DNA of 42,497 bases from Candidatus Aminicenantales bacterium. Lineage in GTDB: Bacteria; Acidobacteriota; Aminicenantia; Aminicenantales; Saccharicenantaceae. A program made the position numbers and the translations under genes. Of this stretch, positions 27,196 to 37,394 are shown piece after piece. A model generated the notes under the pieces. The model was not told the origin of the DNA. It saw only the letters and a list, made by a program, of their open reading frames with translations, and made no database searches. Location: assembly GCA_049512315.1 (NCBI GenBank), contig JBEKXF010000029.1, forward strand, positions 1 to 42,497. The letters run 5' to 3'. The first letter of the stretch is position 1, and each line of letters starts with the position of its first letter.

Positions 27196-29085
27196 ATGGG
27201 AGCGTTTAGTTCTGGGTACAGAAAGTTCATTTTTTCGAGGGCCATGCAGATCCTCATCGATATTTCTATTTTCTGCCTGGCCTATCTTATGTCCTTTTTC
27301 ATCCGGTTTGAAGGGCTTCCCTCCGGATCGAGCCTCAAACAGATGTTGGTTTTGTTGCCTTTTGTTGTTCTTGCCCGAACCCTGTGCTTCGCCCTATTTT
27401 CGGTTTATTTGATCATATGGAGATTCATCTCCGTTCACGACATATCCACTATCCTGAAAGCCGTGCTCGCCCCGACGATGATCATGATCATCGGGCGCCT
27501 CGTACTTCCCGACTCTCTCACTTTGTTCAGAGTTCCCATCAGCATTATCAGCATGGAATTCATGTTTATCATGATTGGAACGTTGGGCGTGCGGATATTA
27601 TGGCGCCTTTACACTGAGGAACTCAAACGGGGCCGCTTGAAGGACAAGGCAAGTTCCGTCCAGCACACGAAGGCGCTTCTCATCGGTGCGGGTATGGCCG
27701 GCAATATGGTCGCCAGAGAGCTGATACAAAGGACGGACCTGGGCGTGGATATCGTCGGCTTCATCGACGATGACCCGAAACAACGCAGGAAGCAAGTCCA
27801 GGGAATTCGGGTTTTGGGCAATACAGCGGAGATCCCCGCGATTTCCAGGAAATTGGGAGCACAAGAAGCGATTATCACGATCGTTAATGCCTCATCCAAG
27901 GAGATCCTTCGGATTTCTGACCTGTGCACGGAAGCTAGTCTCAAGGTCAGAATCGTGCCCGGGCTCTTCGAACTCCTCGACAGAAGGATCACCATCACCA
28001 AGGTCCGGGAAATCAACATCGAGGACCTCCTCGGCCGGAGCGCCATTCAATTGGAAAAAGATATTGACCAGGTTTCCGGCGTTTACCGGGGCAAGCGCAT
28101 CCTGGTCACCGGGGCGGGCGGGTCGATCGGCTCGGAGCTCTGTCGCCAACTCATGGCCATGGGCCCTCGCGAGCTCGTTCTCTTGGACAAGGACGAAAAC
28201 AGCATCTTCGAGATCGATAACGACCTCAAGGCGAGGGGAATTAACGGGGTCAGTATCCATCCCGTGATTGCGAACATCAAGAATACCGACTGCTTGAAGA
28301 ACCTGTTTGAACACCACAAACCGGAGATCGTCTTTCATGCCGCGGCCCACAAACACGTTCCCCTATTAGAATACAACGTCACGGAAGCTGTACTGAACAA
28401 CGTCGGAGGGACGAAAAACGTCGTCGAGATCGCGAACGCCTCGGGCGTCGAGCGGTTCATCTTCATCTCGACCGACAAGGCCGTCAACCCGACGAACGTC
28501 ATGGGTGCGACGAAAAAGATCGGTGAAGTCATCGTACAGGGGATGGCCAGGAAGAATGGCACCAAGTTCGCCTGTGTCAGGTTCGGGAACGTCATCGGCA
28601 GTCGGGGGAGCGTGATCCCGCTTTTCGAGAAGCAGATCGCCAGGGGCGGGCCGGTGACGGTGACCCACCCGGATGTCAAGAGGTACTTCATGTCGATCCC
28701 CGAGGCGGTCCACCTGATCATCAAGGCCGGAACGCTCGGGGATAAGGGCGAGATCTTTGTTCTGGACATGGGACAACCCATCAAGATCGTCGACATGGTC
28801 AAAACATTGATCAGGCTCTCTGGGCATCGAGAAGAAGATATTGAGATCAAGTTCATCGGGATGAGGCCCGGCGAAAAGATGTTCGAGGAGATCCTGATCG
28901 ACGAGGAGAAGACTCGGGCGACGAAGTTCGAAAAGATCTACATCGCGCCGCCGGCGGAAATACTGAACGGAAAGGCCGCGGCCCACCTGCAGGACATCAT
29001 CAGGGCGGCGGATGCGGGCGACGCGGACAGGGTCATTCAGCACCTTTCCAGCATGGGTATCGGATTCCATCGGGAGAAATTTTAA
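27196..29085 (+). CDS. capD: Membrane-bound UDP-GlcNAc 4,6-dehydratase (CapD/PglF/WbpM)
   Basis: Four N-terminal TM helices, GAG.AG, GFIDDDP, IEDLLGR, GAGGSIGSE, HAAAHKHVP, STDKAVNPTNVMGATK, RFGNV.GSRGSV and RPGEK motifs. Confidence 0.93.
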   Translation: MGAFSSGYRKFIFSRAMQILIDISIFCLAYLMSFFIRFEGLPSGSSLKQMLVLLPFVVLARTLCFALFSVYLIIWRFISVHDISTILKAVLAPTMIMIIGRLVLPDSLTLFRVPISIISMEFMFIMIGTLGVRILWRLYTEELKRGRLKDKASSVQHTKALLIGAGMAGNMVARELIQRTDLGVDIVGFIDDDPKQRRKQVQGIRVLGNTAEIPAISRKLGAQEAIITIVNASSKEILRISDLCTEASLKVRIVPGLFELLDRRITITKVREINIEDLLGRSAIQLEKDIDQVSGVYRGKRILVTGAGGSIGSELCRQLMAMGPRELVLLDKDENSIFEIDNDLKARGINGVSIHPVIANIKNTDCLKNLFEHHKPEIVFHAAAHKHVPLLEYNVTEAVLNNVGGTKNVVEIANASGVERFIFISTDKAVNPTNVMGATKKIGEVIVQGMARKNGTKFACVRFGNVIGSRGSVIPLFEKQIARGGPVTVTHPDVKRYFMSIPEAVHLIIKAGTLGDKGEIFVLDMGQPIKIVDMVKTLIRLSGHREEDIEIKFIGMRPGEKMFEEILIDEEKTRATKFEKIYIAPPAEILNGKAAAHLQDIIRAADAGDADRVIQHLSSMGIGFHREKF

Positions 29086-30119
29086 TGAAAGGAATTTCTG
29101 TGTTAAGGAATTCAGCTCTTTTGATTACAGGGGGCACAGGAACCTTCGGCAATGCCATTTTACGTCGGTTCTTAAATACAGATATTCCCGAAATTCGCAT
29201 TTTTTCCCGCGATGAAAAAAAGCAGGAAGAGATGCGGCTCCAATACAATAACCCCAAACTCAAGTTCTATATCGGCGATGTGCGGGAACTTGATAGCGTG
29301 GCCAAAGCCATGGCAGGAGTTAATCTCGTCTTCCATGCCGCAGCTCTGAAGCAAGTCCCTTCCTGCGAGTTCTACCCTCTTGAAGCCCTTCGGACAAATG
29401 CCCTCGGAGCGGAAAATGTCATGAATGCTGCAGAAGCCGCGGGTGTTAAGAAGGTCATCGTACTCTCCACGGATAAGGCCGTCTATCCTATAAATGCCAT
29501 GGGGATATCTAAAGCGATGATGGAAAAGTTAATGATCGCCAAAGCCCGACTTATAGGGGAGAACGGAACAGTGATTTGCGGAACCCGATATGGAAATGTC
29601 ATGGCTTCTCGAGGCTCGGTGATTCCGCTCTTCATAAAACAGATCGAGGACGGGCGGCCCCTTACTGTTACTGACCCTGAAATGACCCGCTTCATGATGT
29701 CGATCGACAATGCTGTGGATTTGGTCCTTTATGCTTTCAAGAATGCGCGCCCCGGGGATATTTTTGTTCAAAAAGCTCCGGCTGCGACGATCGCCGCGAT
29801 TGCTGAAGCGTTAAAGAAGATCTTTAAGTCTGACAATCCGATCAAGATCATCGGAACTCGTCACGGCGAGAAGCTTTACGAAACTCTGCTGACGAGAGAG
29901 GAGATGGCGAGAGCTGAAGATCTGGGTGAGTATTTCCGAATCCCGGCCGATAACCGCGACTTGAACTACGACCTTTATTTCACGGAAGGCCAAGTAAAGG
30001 TCTCACGGGAGCGGGATTATAATTCGTACAATACGAGACGTTTAGATGTAGATGAGCTTGTAAAGATGTTGTCCAAGCTCGAATTCATTCAGGAAGAGCT
30101 CAAGGGCCGAAAAAAATGA
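29085..30119 (+). CDS. fnlA: UDP-GlcNAc 4,6-dehydratase/5-epimerase FnlA (CapE/WbjB)
   Basis: GGTGTFG, SRDEKKQ, HAAALKQVPSCEF, STDKAVYPINAMG.SK, GTRHGEKLYE and DNRDLNY motifs. Confidence 0.93.
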   Translation: MKGISVLRNSALLITGGTGTFGNAILRRFLNTDIPEIRIFSRDEKKQEEMRLQYNNPKLKFYIGDVRELDSVAKAMAGVNLVFHAAALKQVPSCEFYPLEALRTNALGAENVMNAAEAAGVKKVIVLSTDKAVYPINAMGISKAMMEKLMIAKARLIGENGTVICGTRYGNVMASRGSVIPLFIKQIEDGRPLTVTDPEMTRFMMSIDNAVDLVLYAFKNARPGDIFVQKAPAATIAAIAEALKKIFKSDNPIKIIGTRHGEKLYETLLTREEMARAEDLGEYFRIPADNRDLNYDLYFTEGQVKVSRERDYNSYNTRRLDVDELVKMLSKLEFIQEELKGRKK

Positions 30120-31237
30120 AGCGCGTCCTTGTGACAGGGGCCCACGGTTTCATCGGGCGGAATCTTGTCCTGGCTTTAAGGCGGCATTCAGATATCGAGG
30201 TTGTGAGCGTGGACATCGACTCACCAGCCGCCGCGCTCGATCGAGCACTTGAGGTCTGCGAAATAGTCTATCATCTGGCAGGGGTCAATCGACCTGAGAA
30301 GGAGACTGAGTATGAAGAAGGGAATACGCGTTCCCTGCAAAACGTTCTTAGCCGCCTAGAAAAAGGCGGTAGGAATCCGCTGATAGTCCTCTCGTCGTCT
30401 GCACAAGCGGTCCTCGATAATCCTTACGGACTTTCAAAGAGAAAGGCTGAAGAGCTCTTATGCGAATTCTCCGAACATTGGGGGATAGCGGCCCGAATTT
30501 ACCGCTTGCCTGGGGTGTTCGGTAAATTTTGCCGGCCGAACTATAATTCGGTTGTGGCCACGTTTTGCCATAACATAGCCCGCGGATTGCCAATTCATAT
30601 TTTGGACGTGGACCGAGAAATCGAGATTGTTCACGTGGATGATGTTGTCGCCGCGTTTCTATCCGATCTGAAAGCTGACAGAAACCCATCAGGAGTGACG
30701 TTCGAGCACATCGAGCCTATTTTCCGCGTGAAATTGGGGACGCTTGCAGAAAGACTGAAGTCCTTCCATGCTGTTCGCGAAACGCTCACCCAACCGAGTT
30801 TGGCGGATCCCCTTGACAGGCGCCTTTATGGCACCTACATGTCCTATCTTCCTAATAATGCTCTGGCATATGAATTACCACGTAAGCAAGATAACCGTGG
30901 CGCCCTGTCCGAATTCCTTAAAATGGAGGGGCACGGTCAAATATTTATTTCCAGAACCCTTCCGGGAATCACGCGAGGCAACCATTATCACGATCTCAAG
31001 GTCGAGAAGTTCGTTGTGGTTCAAGGCGACGCAACGATCAGATTCCGTCACATGGCCTCGAATGAAAGATCTGAGTATTCGGTATCCGGAAGCGAATTTC
31101 GGGTTGTCGATATTCCTCCGGGTTGGACTCACTCGATCGAAAATGTTGGTTCCGCCGAACTGGTTGTCCTTTTCTGGTCGAGCGAAGCCTTTAATCCCGC
31201 GGATCCTGATACGCATGCAGCCGAGGTGCTGATATGA
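30116..31237 (+). CDS. fnlB: FnlB (CapF/WbjC) SDR-cupin 3-epimerase/reductase
   Basis: HLAGVNRP, NPYG.SK, FGK.CRPNYNSVVATFC, plus a cupin domain with PGITRGNHYH..KVEKF and IPPGWTHSI. Confidence 0.92.
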   Translation: MKRVLVTGAHGFIGRNLVLALRRHSDIEVVSVDIDSPAAALDRALEVCEIVYHLAGVNRPEKETEYEEGNTRSLQNVLSRLEKGGRNPLIVLSSSAQAVLDNPYGLSKRKAEELLCEFSEHWGIAARIYRLPGVFGKFCRPNYNSVVATFCHNIARGLPIHILDVDREIEIVHVDDVVAAFLSDLKADRNPSGVTFEHIEPIFRVKLGTLAERLKSFHAVRETLTQPSLADPLDRRLYGTYMSYLPNNALAYELPRKQDNRGALSEFLKMEGHGQIFISRTLPGITRGNHYHDLKVEKFVVVQGDATIRFRHMASNERSEYSVSGSEFRVVDIPPGWTHSIENVGSAELVVLFWSSEAFNPADPDTHAAEVLI

Positions 31238-32367
31238 AGAAACTCCGGGTAATGACTGTCGTGGGCACGCGGCCGGAGATTATCCGGCTATCCAGGGTTA
31301 TCGCCGCCTTAGATCGGGAGTGCGACCATTTCCTAGTCCATACAGGACAAAACAATGATTTTGAACTAAAAGATATCTTCTTTGAGGACCTCGAGATACG
31401 AAAACCTGACAGGTTTCTTGAATCGGCAGGGGAGAATGCCTGTGCGACCGTCGGAAATATCATAACTCGGGTTGATTCGGTGCTTGAAGAGGTTCGACCC
31501 GACGCCCTGCTTATTCTCGGAGACACAAACAGCTGCCTCTCCGCCTATCCGGCAAAGCGGCGGAAAGTCCCCGTATTCCATATGGAGGCAGGAAATCGAT
31601 GCTTCGATGAGCGAGTACCAGAAGAAATAAACAGGAGGGTTGTCGATCACATCGCGGACATCAACCTTCCTTATAGCGATATTTCCAGGGAGTACCTTCT
31701 TCGCGAAGGGCTTCCCCCCGACCGCATTATCAAGACAGGCAGCCCTATGTATGAGGTCATTCACTATTATGAACCCAAAATCGAGCGCTCGGACGTCCTC
31801 ACAAGGCTAAGCCTCGAAACAGAAAAGTACTTTCTTCTTAGTTGTCATCGTGAAGAAAATGTGGATTCAGAAAAGAATCTCCACAAGCTAATTATTCTCT
31901 TGGATATGCTGGCCGAGCAATATCGGATGCGGCTCATCGTTACGGCGCATCCAAGAACGAGGAAAAGGATCGAGGGATTGTCGACAAGGCTAAACCCCCT
32001 TGTCGAATTATATAAGCCATTCTGCTTTACAGATTATATCAAACTCGAATTGAATGCGCATGCCGTTTTATCCGACAGTGGCACGATTTCGGAGGAATCG
32101 TCGATTCTAAACTTCCCGGCGCTCAATATTCGAGAAAGTTACGAACGGCCCGAAGGAATGGAAGAAGGGTCCGTGATCTTATCTGGCCTCGGCTGGGAGA
32201 GAGTATGCCATAGTCTCCATGTCATCGCCGGACAAGGCCGAGCAGAGAAGAGACTTTTGAATCTTGTGCGTGATTATGATGTTGCCAACGTTTCCGAAAA
32301 AGTTATCAGAATTATCATCTCGTATACGGACTATGTGAACCGCGTTGTTTGGGGGAAATCTTTCTAA
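31234..32367 (+). CDS. fnlC: UDP-2-acetamido-2,6-dideoxy-L-talose 2-epimerase FnlC (CapG/WbjD)
   Basis: GTRPEIIRLS, HTGQN, LGDTNS, HMEAGNRCFD.RVPEE.NR, SDSGTISEE and ERPEG motifs; follows fnlAB. Confidence 0.9.
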   Translation: MKKLRVMTVVGTRPEIIRLSRVIAALDRECDHFLVHTGQNNDFELKDIFFEDLEIRKPDRFLESAGENACATVGNIITRVDSVLEEVRPDALLILGDTNSCLSAYPAKRRKVPVFHMEAGNRCFDERVPEEINRRVVDHIADINLPYSDISREYLLREGLPPDRIIKTGSPMYEVIHYYEPKIERSDVLTRLSLETEKYFLLSCHREENVDSEKNLHKLIILLDMLAEQYRMRLIVTAHPRTRKRIEGLSTRLNPLVELYKPFCFTDYIKLELNAHAVLSDSGTISEESSILNFPALNIRESYERPEGMEEGSVILSGLGWERVCHSLHVIAGQGRAEKRLLNLVRDYDVANVSEKVIRIIISYTDYVNRVVWGKSF

Positions 32368-32482
32368 ACGGGACTATAATGCAAGCGCTACCGAACTGAT
32401 TATGTCAAAGATCCCCCACTTATCGTTGGTCTTTCCCGCTGAGGGTATTTCTACTGCGGTGTTCAAAAGCCTTCCTGAGGTG

Positions 32483-32572
32483 GCGGCGGGGGACGGAAAC
32501 CGGATTATTCGGCTATTTTCGACCATGGGCATCGGCTTCCGCAGGGAAGATTACTGTTATGGTGCCTATTAG
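32483..32572 (+). pseudogene. 3' end remnant of a second capD
   Basis: AAGDGNRIIRLFSTMGIGFRREDY matches the capD C-terminus DAGDADRVIQHLSSMGIGFHREKF at 13/24 residues with no gaps. Confidence 0.7.
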
Positions 32573-32651
32573 GACGGGGATTCGACTCCGCTTTGGCTGG
32601 CAGGACTATTGCGCAAGCCCCCTGTAGCTGCATGACGCGCCATTTCAAGCG

Positions 32652-33872
32652 ATGAGGATACTGCTCTTAACCCAATGGTATCCGCCTGAACCGGCGCTAT
32701 TTATTCAGGAACTAGCTCAAGATCTCCTATCTCGCGGCCACGAGGTTACGGTACTAACTGGATTTCCAAACTACCCAGCTGGCAAGCTTTATCCTGGTTA
32801 TCAACTTCATCTTTGGCAGCGGGAAATCTTGGGAGGTGTGCCCATAATCCGGGTGCCGCTTTACCTTGATCACAGCCTGTCGAGAATCAAGCGCGTGCTG
32901 AATTATGTTTCCTTTGCGCTTTCTAGTTCAGCCCTGGGATTTTGGCTAGCGCCCCGACCGGATTTCATTTTTGCTTACCACCCACCACTCACAATCGGAC
33001 TTCCTGCCTGGATACTAAGCCGCCTATGGGGTATAAGGTTTGTTTATCAGATCCAGGACATGTGGCCCGAAACTCTGAGGGCGACGGGAATGCTCAAGAC
33101 CCGATGTCCGTTGTTGTTGGTGGAGAGTTTTGCCCGATGGACATATTCAAAAGCCCATTCGATCCTGGTTATTTCGCCTGGCTTTAAAAAAAACTTGATA
33201 GATAAAGGCGTCCCCCCCGAGAAAGTGTATGTTGTTTCTAATTGGGTGGAAGGCGGAATTCCCCAATGTACCGCTAAGGACGAACTCCTGGCTCAGAGTT
33301 TGGGCTTGGCCAATCGCTTTAGCGTCATTTATGCCGGAAACATGGGCGAGGCGCAGGGATTAGAAACAGTTCTCGAAGCCGCAGAGCTTTTGAACGACCT
33401 CCCCCAAGTTCTATTCGTATTAATAGGTGACGGTATAGCTTTGCCGCGCCTGAAAAAGCTCCTTATTTCTAAAGGACTTACGAACGTTCGATTTATCGGG
33501 CGCCATAGTCCTGATGCTATGCAAGGGATATATGCTCTCGCTGATGTGCTCCTCGTCCACATTAAAGACGACCCACTTTTCAGAATTACTATCCCACATA
33601 AGATCCTGGTTTATCTGGGAACTGGCAAACCTATTCTTGCTGCAATTGCTGGTGATGCTGCGGATGTAATTAGATCCGCTGGGGCGGGAATCGTGTGTCT
33701 CCCCGGAAACCCGCAAGCCCTGGCCAGTGCAGTACGAAGCTTCGTGGCGATGTCCCCCGATGAGCGCAACACGTTCGGCGAGTGCGGGATACATATGGCC
33801 AGCACACGTTATAGTCGAGCGACGCTGGTCACGGAAATCGAAAAGGTCCTGCTGCAGGTTTCTGAATTGTAG
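32652..33872 (+). CDS. wbuB: GT4 WbuB/WbjE-type L-FucNAc transferase
   Basis: QWYPPE, GHEVTVLTGFPNYP.G, LNY.SF, QDMWPE, YAGN.G.AQGL and IP.K motifs; next to fnlABC. Confidence 0.85.
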   Translation: MRILLLTQWYPPEPALFIQELAQDLLSRGHEVTVLTGFPNYPAGKLYPGYQLHLWQREILGGVPIIRVPLYLDHSLSRIKRVLNYVSFALSSSALGFWLAPRPDFIFAYHPPLTIGLPAWILSRLWGIRFVYQIQDMWPETLRATGMLKTRCPLLLVESFARWTYSKAHSILVISPGFKKNLIDKGVPPEKVYVVSNWVEGGIPQCTAKDELLAQSLGLANRFSVIYAGNMGEAQGLETVLEAAELLNDLPQVLFVLIGDGIALPRLKKLLISKGLTNVRFIGRHSPDAMQGIYALADVLLVHIKDDPLFRITIPHKILVYLGTGKPILAAIAGDAADVIRSAGAGIVCLPGNPQALASAVRSFVAMSPDERNTFGECGIHMASTRYSRATLVTEIEKVLLQVSEL

Positions 33873-33900
33873 CTTCGGGTTCGTTATGTGTGAGCAAACA

Positions 33901-34041
33901 GTGAAATGGTATATAGATTCACTATCGTTTTGGCTTGATTTGGGAACATTCGCGGCGAAGATATGGGAAATCCTTAAGTGTGTAGACATCAATCAGCCCG
34001 GGATTGCCACGATGGAAGAATTTATTGGAAATGGCGCTAAG
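33901..34041 (+). pseudogene. 3' remnant of a PglC-type sugar transferase
   Basis: WYIDSLSFWLDLGTFAAKIWEILKCVDINQPGIATMEEFIG resembles the family C-terminus 'WYVD..S.WLD...L..T...V..REGI...G.ATM.EF.G'. Confidence 0.7.
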
Positions 34042-34153
34042 TACATCGATTTTACGAGGCGAAGGAGGGAGATATTAATGATGGGGGTTAGCGTGAAGTG
34101 GGTTGTCTCAAGATTTGGCTGAACTTAACCGGTCTAGTAATAAAGATTATTCG

Positions 34154-34693
34154 ATGAAATCAGTATATGTTGTATATAAGTATGAAGAGAACCTTACTCA
34201 TAATGGTATCAAGAATTTACTCGGCGATTATGATCTAATCGAATGGAAGCCGTCAATGTTCTCGATAGTCCCAACTAATATTGCCTTTGAAAAAAAAGGG
34301 TATATCAAAAATTGGATTTATCATATTCCGAGGCTTCTAAGTCATAGCAAAAATACCTATCTGGTTTATGCGCTAGCTAAAGAAAGCGAAGTACTATGCC
34401 AGTGTATTGTCACTCCCGCATCTATAAGATACAGCTTCATGAAACGTCATGATTTACAGTTTGGGCTCGTCTTTACCTCACCAAGGCATCGCAACAAGAA
34501 ACTGGCTAATCTCATGGTTAACTCAATTATTAACAAAAATCGTAAGAAAGCCCGCTCTTTCTGGTGGATTACTGAGATTGATAATATTCCTTCCCGTCGG
34601 GTTGCGGAGCATGTCGGATTTAGGTTAATCAGTAAAGCAAAGAGAAAAAGCTTAATAAGCTTTAGCTACTACAAGCTTATAGGCACTGAATGA
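34154..34693 (+). CDS. GNAT-family N-acyltransferase
   Basis: VFTSPRHRNKKLA (motif A) and DN.PSRRVAE.VGF (motif B); AT-rich; start uncertain (34103 or 34154). Confidence 0.8.
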   Translation: MKSVYVVYKYEENLTHNGIKNLLGDYDLIEWKPSMFSIVPTNIAFEKKGYIKNWIYHIPRLLSHSKNTYLVYALAKESEVLCQCIVTPASIRYSFMKRHDLQFGLVFTSPRHRNKKLANLMVNSIINKNRKKARSFWWITEIDNIPSRRVAEHVGFRLISKAKRKSLISFSYYKLIGTE

Positions 34694-34812
34694 TCGGCTT
34701 ACTGTTCATCACAGGGTCAGAATGAACAGTTGATATTATCCCCGGAATGATCAGCCGAAAAGTTTTAAAAAGTGTCCTAGTGGCGCGCGTGCGTTCATGC
34801 GGATGGAACGGC

Positions 34813-35406
34813 ATGGGCAAGCGGTTCTTTGATATTCTTGCTGCGGCAATTGGAATATCAGTGCTAATTCCTCTATGGTTGTGGATAACTTGGCGGATCA
34901 GACAAGAGGACGGTGGTCCCATTTTTTATCGAGGGGAGCGGACGGGGATTGGTGGAAAGCCATTTCGCATTTTCAAATTCCGGACGATGGTAGTGGATGC
35001 GGAGAGATTAGGGGCATCTTCCACCCCGGATGATGATGGGAGGATAACTCGCATTGGTTGGTTTCTTCGAAGACATAAATTGGATGAACTGCCGCAGTTA
35101 ATCAATGTGCTTGTCGGCGACATGAGCTTGGTCGGTCCCCGCCCGGAGGTGAAGAAGTTTACGGATCTGTATATGGATGAGGAAACGGCAATTCTGACGG
35201 TCCGGCCGGGCATTACCGATTGGGCTTCTCTATGGAATTCGGATGAAGGGACCCTCCTAAAAGGAAGTCGCGATCCGGATCGGGACTATTTTGAGAAAAT
35301 CCGGCCGGAGAAGATCCGCTTACAATTGAAATATGTCCAAGATCGGTCTTTTAGAACGGATGTGAAGATCCTTTTTCTTACTCTGAAGAAGCTTTTTCTG
35401 AAATAG
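34813..35406 (+). CDS. Undecaprenyl-phosphate phosphoglycosyltransferase (small monotopic bacterial sugar transferase)
   Basis: KRFFDI, GP.FY, KFRTM, RIT.IG.FLR..KLDELPQL.NVL.GDMSLVGPRP and RPGIT motifs. Confidence 0.93.
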   Translation: MGKRFFDILAAAIGISVLIPLWLWITWRIRQEDGGPIFYRGERTGIGGKPFRIFKFRTMVVDAERLGASSTPDDDGRITRIGWFLRRHKLDELPQLINVLVGDMSLVGPRPEVKKFTDLYMDEETAILTVRPGITDWASLWNSDEGTLLKGSRDPDRDYFEKIRPEKIRLQLKYVQDRSFRTDVKILFLTLKKLFLK

Positions 35407-35441
35407 GTCAAACTTGAAAGTGCCGTTACTAGAGGTGACAA

Positions 35442-36419
35442 ATGGACTATCCTATTGAGTTCCTCGAACAAATGTTCTTGATGATGGTTCGTATACGCTA
35501 TTGTGAGGAAGGTCTGGTGGGCCCTATTCTGAGCGGAGAGGTCCGTACTCCTTGCCATCTTTACAGTGGCGAAGAGGCCATCGCTGTCGGCCTCTGTTCA
35601 GCACTCTTCAGGGACGATTATATTTTTGGAAACCACCGGTCACATGGTCATTTTTTAGCTAAGGGGGGCTCGATGAAGGCCATGGTGGCGGAGATTTTTT
35701 GTAAGGAATCAGGCTGTTCCAGGGGGCGAGGTGGCTCGATGCATTTGATCGACCCTGAGGTGGGCATGCTGGGATCAGCCCCGATCGTATCCGGTACCAT
35801 TTCTTTAGCGGTCGGGGCGGCGTTGGCATCCTCAATTCGAAAGGACGGACGGGTGGCGGTGAGTTTTTTCGGAGACGGTGCGACTGGGGAAGGCGTCCTT
35901 TATGAGTCTCTAAACTTTGCCGCTTTGAAGAGGCTTCCCGTGATATTCGCATGTGAAAATAATCTTTATGCTACCCACATGCCCGTCCGTGAATGCCGGG
36001 CAAACAAGCCCGTAAGCTTGATTGCGGAGCCCTTTGGCATCGATACACATTCTGTGGATGGCAATGATGTTCTTAATGTCTATGAGGCGAGTCGTCTTGC
36101 CGTTGAAGCATGCCGGAGGGGATGCGGCCCCGTGTTTATGGAGTTTTTGACCTACCGGTTTCGAGGTCACGTTGGCCCTGACGATAACATCCAAGGGTCT
36201 CACATAGATATTCGGCCCAAGGATGAAATCATCCGATGGATGGAAAAAGACCCGATCAATAGGTTTGAGAAATTCCTTTTAGAACACCAATTCGGTAATG
36301 CCAATAGGCTATCTGCGATCAAGGTCGAGGTGATGGAAGAGGTCCGAGAAGCATTGGCTTTCGCAACAAAAAGCCCATATTCTAGCCGGGAGGAGCTAAT
36401 GAAATATGTCTTCGCCTAG
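35442..36419 (+). CDS. TPP-dependent dehydrogenase E1 alpha-like subunit
   Basis: HLYSGEEA, HRSHGH, GRGGSMH, FFGDGA..EG...N (TPP motif), CENN.YA and TYR..GH motifs. Confidence 0.93.
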   Translation: MDYPIEFLEQMFLMMVRIRYCEEGLVGPILSGEVRTPCHLYSGEEAIAVGLCSALFRDDYIFGNHRSHGHFLAKGGSMKAMVAEIFCKESGCSRGRGGSMHLIDPEVGMLGSAPIVSGTISLAVGAALASSIRKDGRVAVSFFGDGATGEGVLYESLNFAALKRLPVIFACENNLYATHMPVRECRANKPVSLIAEPFGIDTHSVDGNDVLNVYEASRLAVEACRRGCGPVFMEFLTYRFRGHVGPDDNIQGSHIDIRPKDEIIRWMEKDPINRFEKFLLEHQFGNANRLSAIKVEVMEEVREALAFATKSPYSSREELMKYVFA

Positions 36420-37386
36420 AAAGCTACAATATAGTCTGGCGATCAATGAGGCACTCAGCCAGATGATGGAAATGGATGCGTCCGTTTTTCTTATCGGGCA
36501 GGGTGTCACCAGCCCCTGGTACGTGGGAAATACTGCGCAGGATCTCTTGGAGCGGTTTGGGAAAGACCGGGTCATCGATACGCCCGTGTCCGAGAACGGC
36601 ATCACCGGAGTGGCCGTGGGGGCGGCCATCGCCGGCATGAAACCGGTCGTGGTTCATCCCCGGATGGATTTCATGTACTTTGCCTTTGATCCTATCATAA
36701 ATGAGGCAGCGAACTGGTTTTTTATGAATGGAGGGAAGAAATCGGTCCCGATCGTATTTTGGGGGATCATCAACCGGCGGGGCGAACAGGCGGCACAACA
36801 TTCCCAAGCCATCCATGGCTTATTCGCTCATGTGCCCGGCCTAAAGGTCGTCATGCCAGCTACGGCTTATGACGCTAAAGGCCTGATGATCGCCGCCATT
36901 AAGGATCCGAATCCTGTCGTCTTTGTAGATGAACGGCTTCTTTATCGCCTTGAAGAACACGTCCCGGAAGAGATTTATAGCGTGGAAATCGGAAAAGGCC
37001 GTACCCGTAGGGAGGGGAAAGACGTGACGATTGTCGCGGTTTCCGTGATGGTTCACGAAGCCCTGAATTCGGCCGAAAGACTTGCGGCTGAAGGCTTAGA
37101 CGTGGAAGTCATCGACTTGAGAAGTATAAAGCCCCTTGACCAGAAATTGATATTGGATTCTGTGAGGAAGACGGGCCGGTTGGTGGTTGCCGATGTTGGT
37201 TGGCGCTCATTCGGGATATCAGCTGAAATAGCCGCCTTGGTGTCAGAGAACGCTATTGGTGTTTTAAAAGCACCCATCATGCGGGTTGCGCTGCCCGACT
37301 GCCCGGCACCGGCCAGCCGGCAGCTTGAAGATATCTATTACCCAACGGCATATGATATTGTGAAAGCTATTCGAAAAATTATATAA
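36406..37386 (+). CDS. TPP-dependent dehydrogenase E1 beta-like subunit
   Basis: RV.DTPVSE, QAAQHSQ, PGLKVV.P, DAKGL, DPNPV, EVIDLRSI.PLD and SV.KTGRL motifs. Confidence 0.93.
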   Translation: MSSPRKLQYSLAINEALSQMMEMDASVFLIGQGVTSPWYVGNTAQDLLERFGKDRVIDTPVSENGITGVAVGAAIAGMKPVVVHPRMDFMYFAFDPIINEAANWFFMNGGKKSVPIVFWGIINRRGEQAAQHSQAIHGLFAHVPGLKVVMPATAYDAKGLMIAAIKDPNPVVFVDERLLYRLEEHVPEEIYSVEIGKGRTRREGKDVTIVAVSVMVHEALNSAERLAAEGLDVEVIDLRSIKPLDQKLILDSVRKTGRLVVADVGWRSFGISAEIAALVSENAIGVLKAPIMRVALPDCPAPASRQLEDIYYPTAYDIVKAIRKII

Positions 37387-37394
37387 AGAAAGAT

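Noticed and set aside
28366..29070. Long minus-strand ORFs within capD
   Set aside because: Antisense shadows of a well-supported gene.
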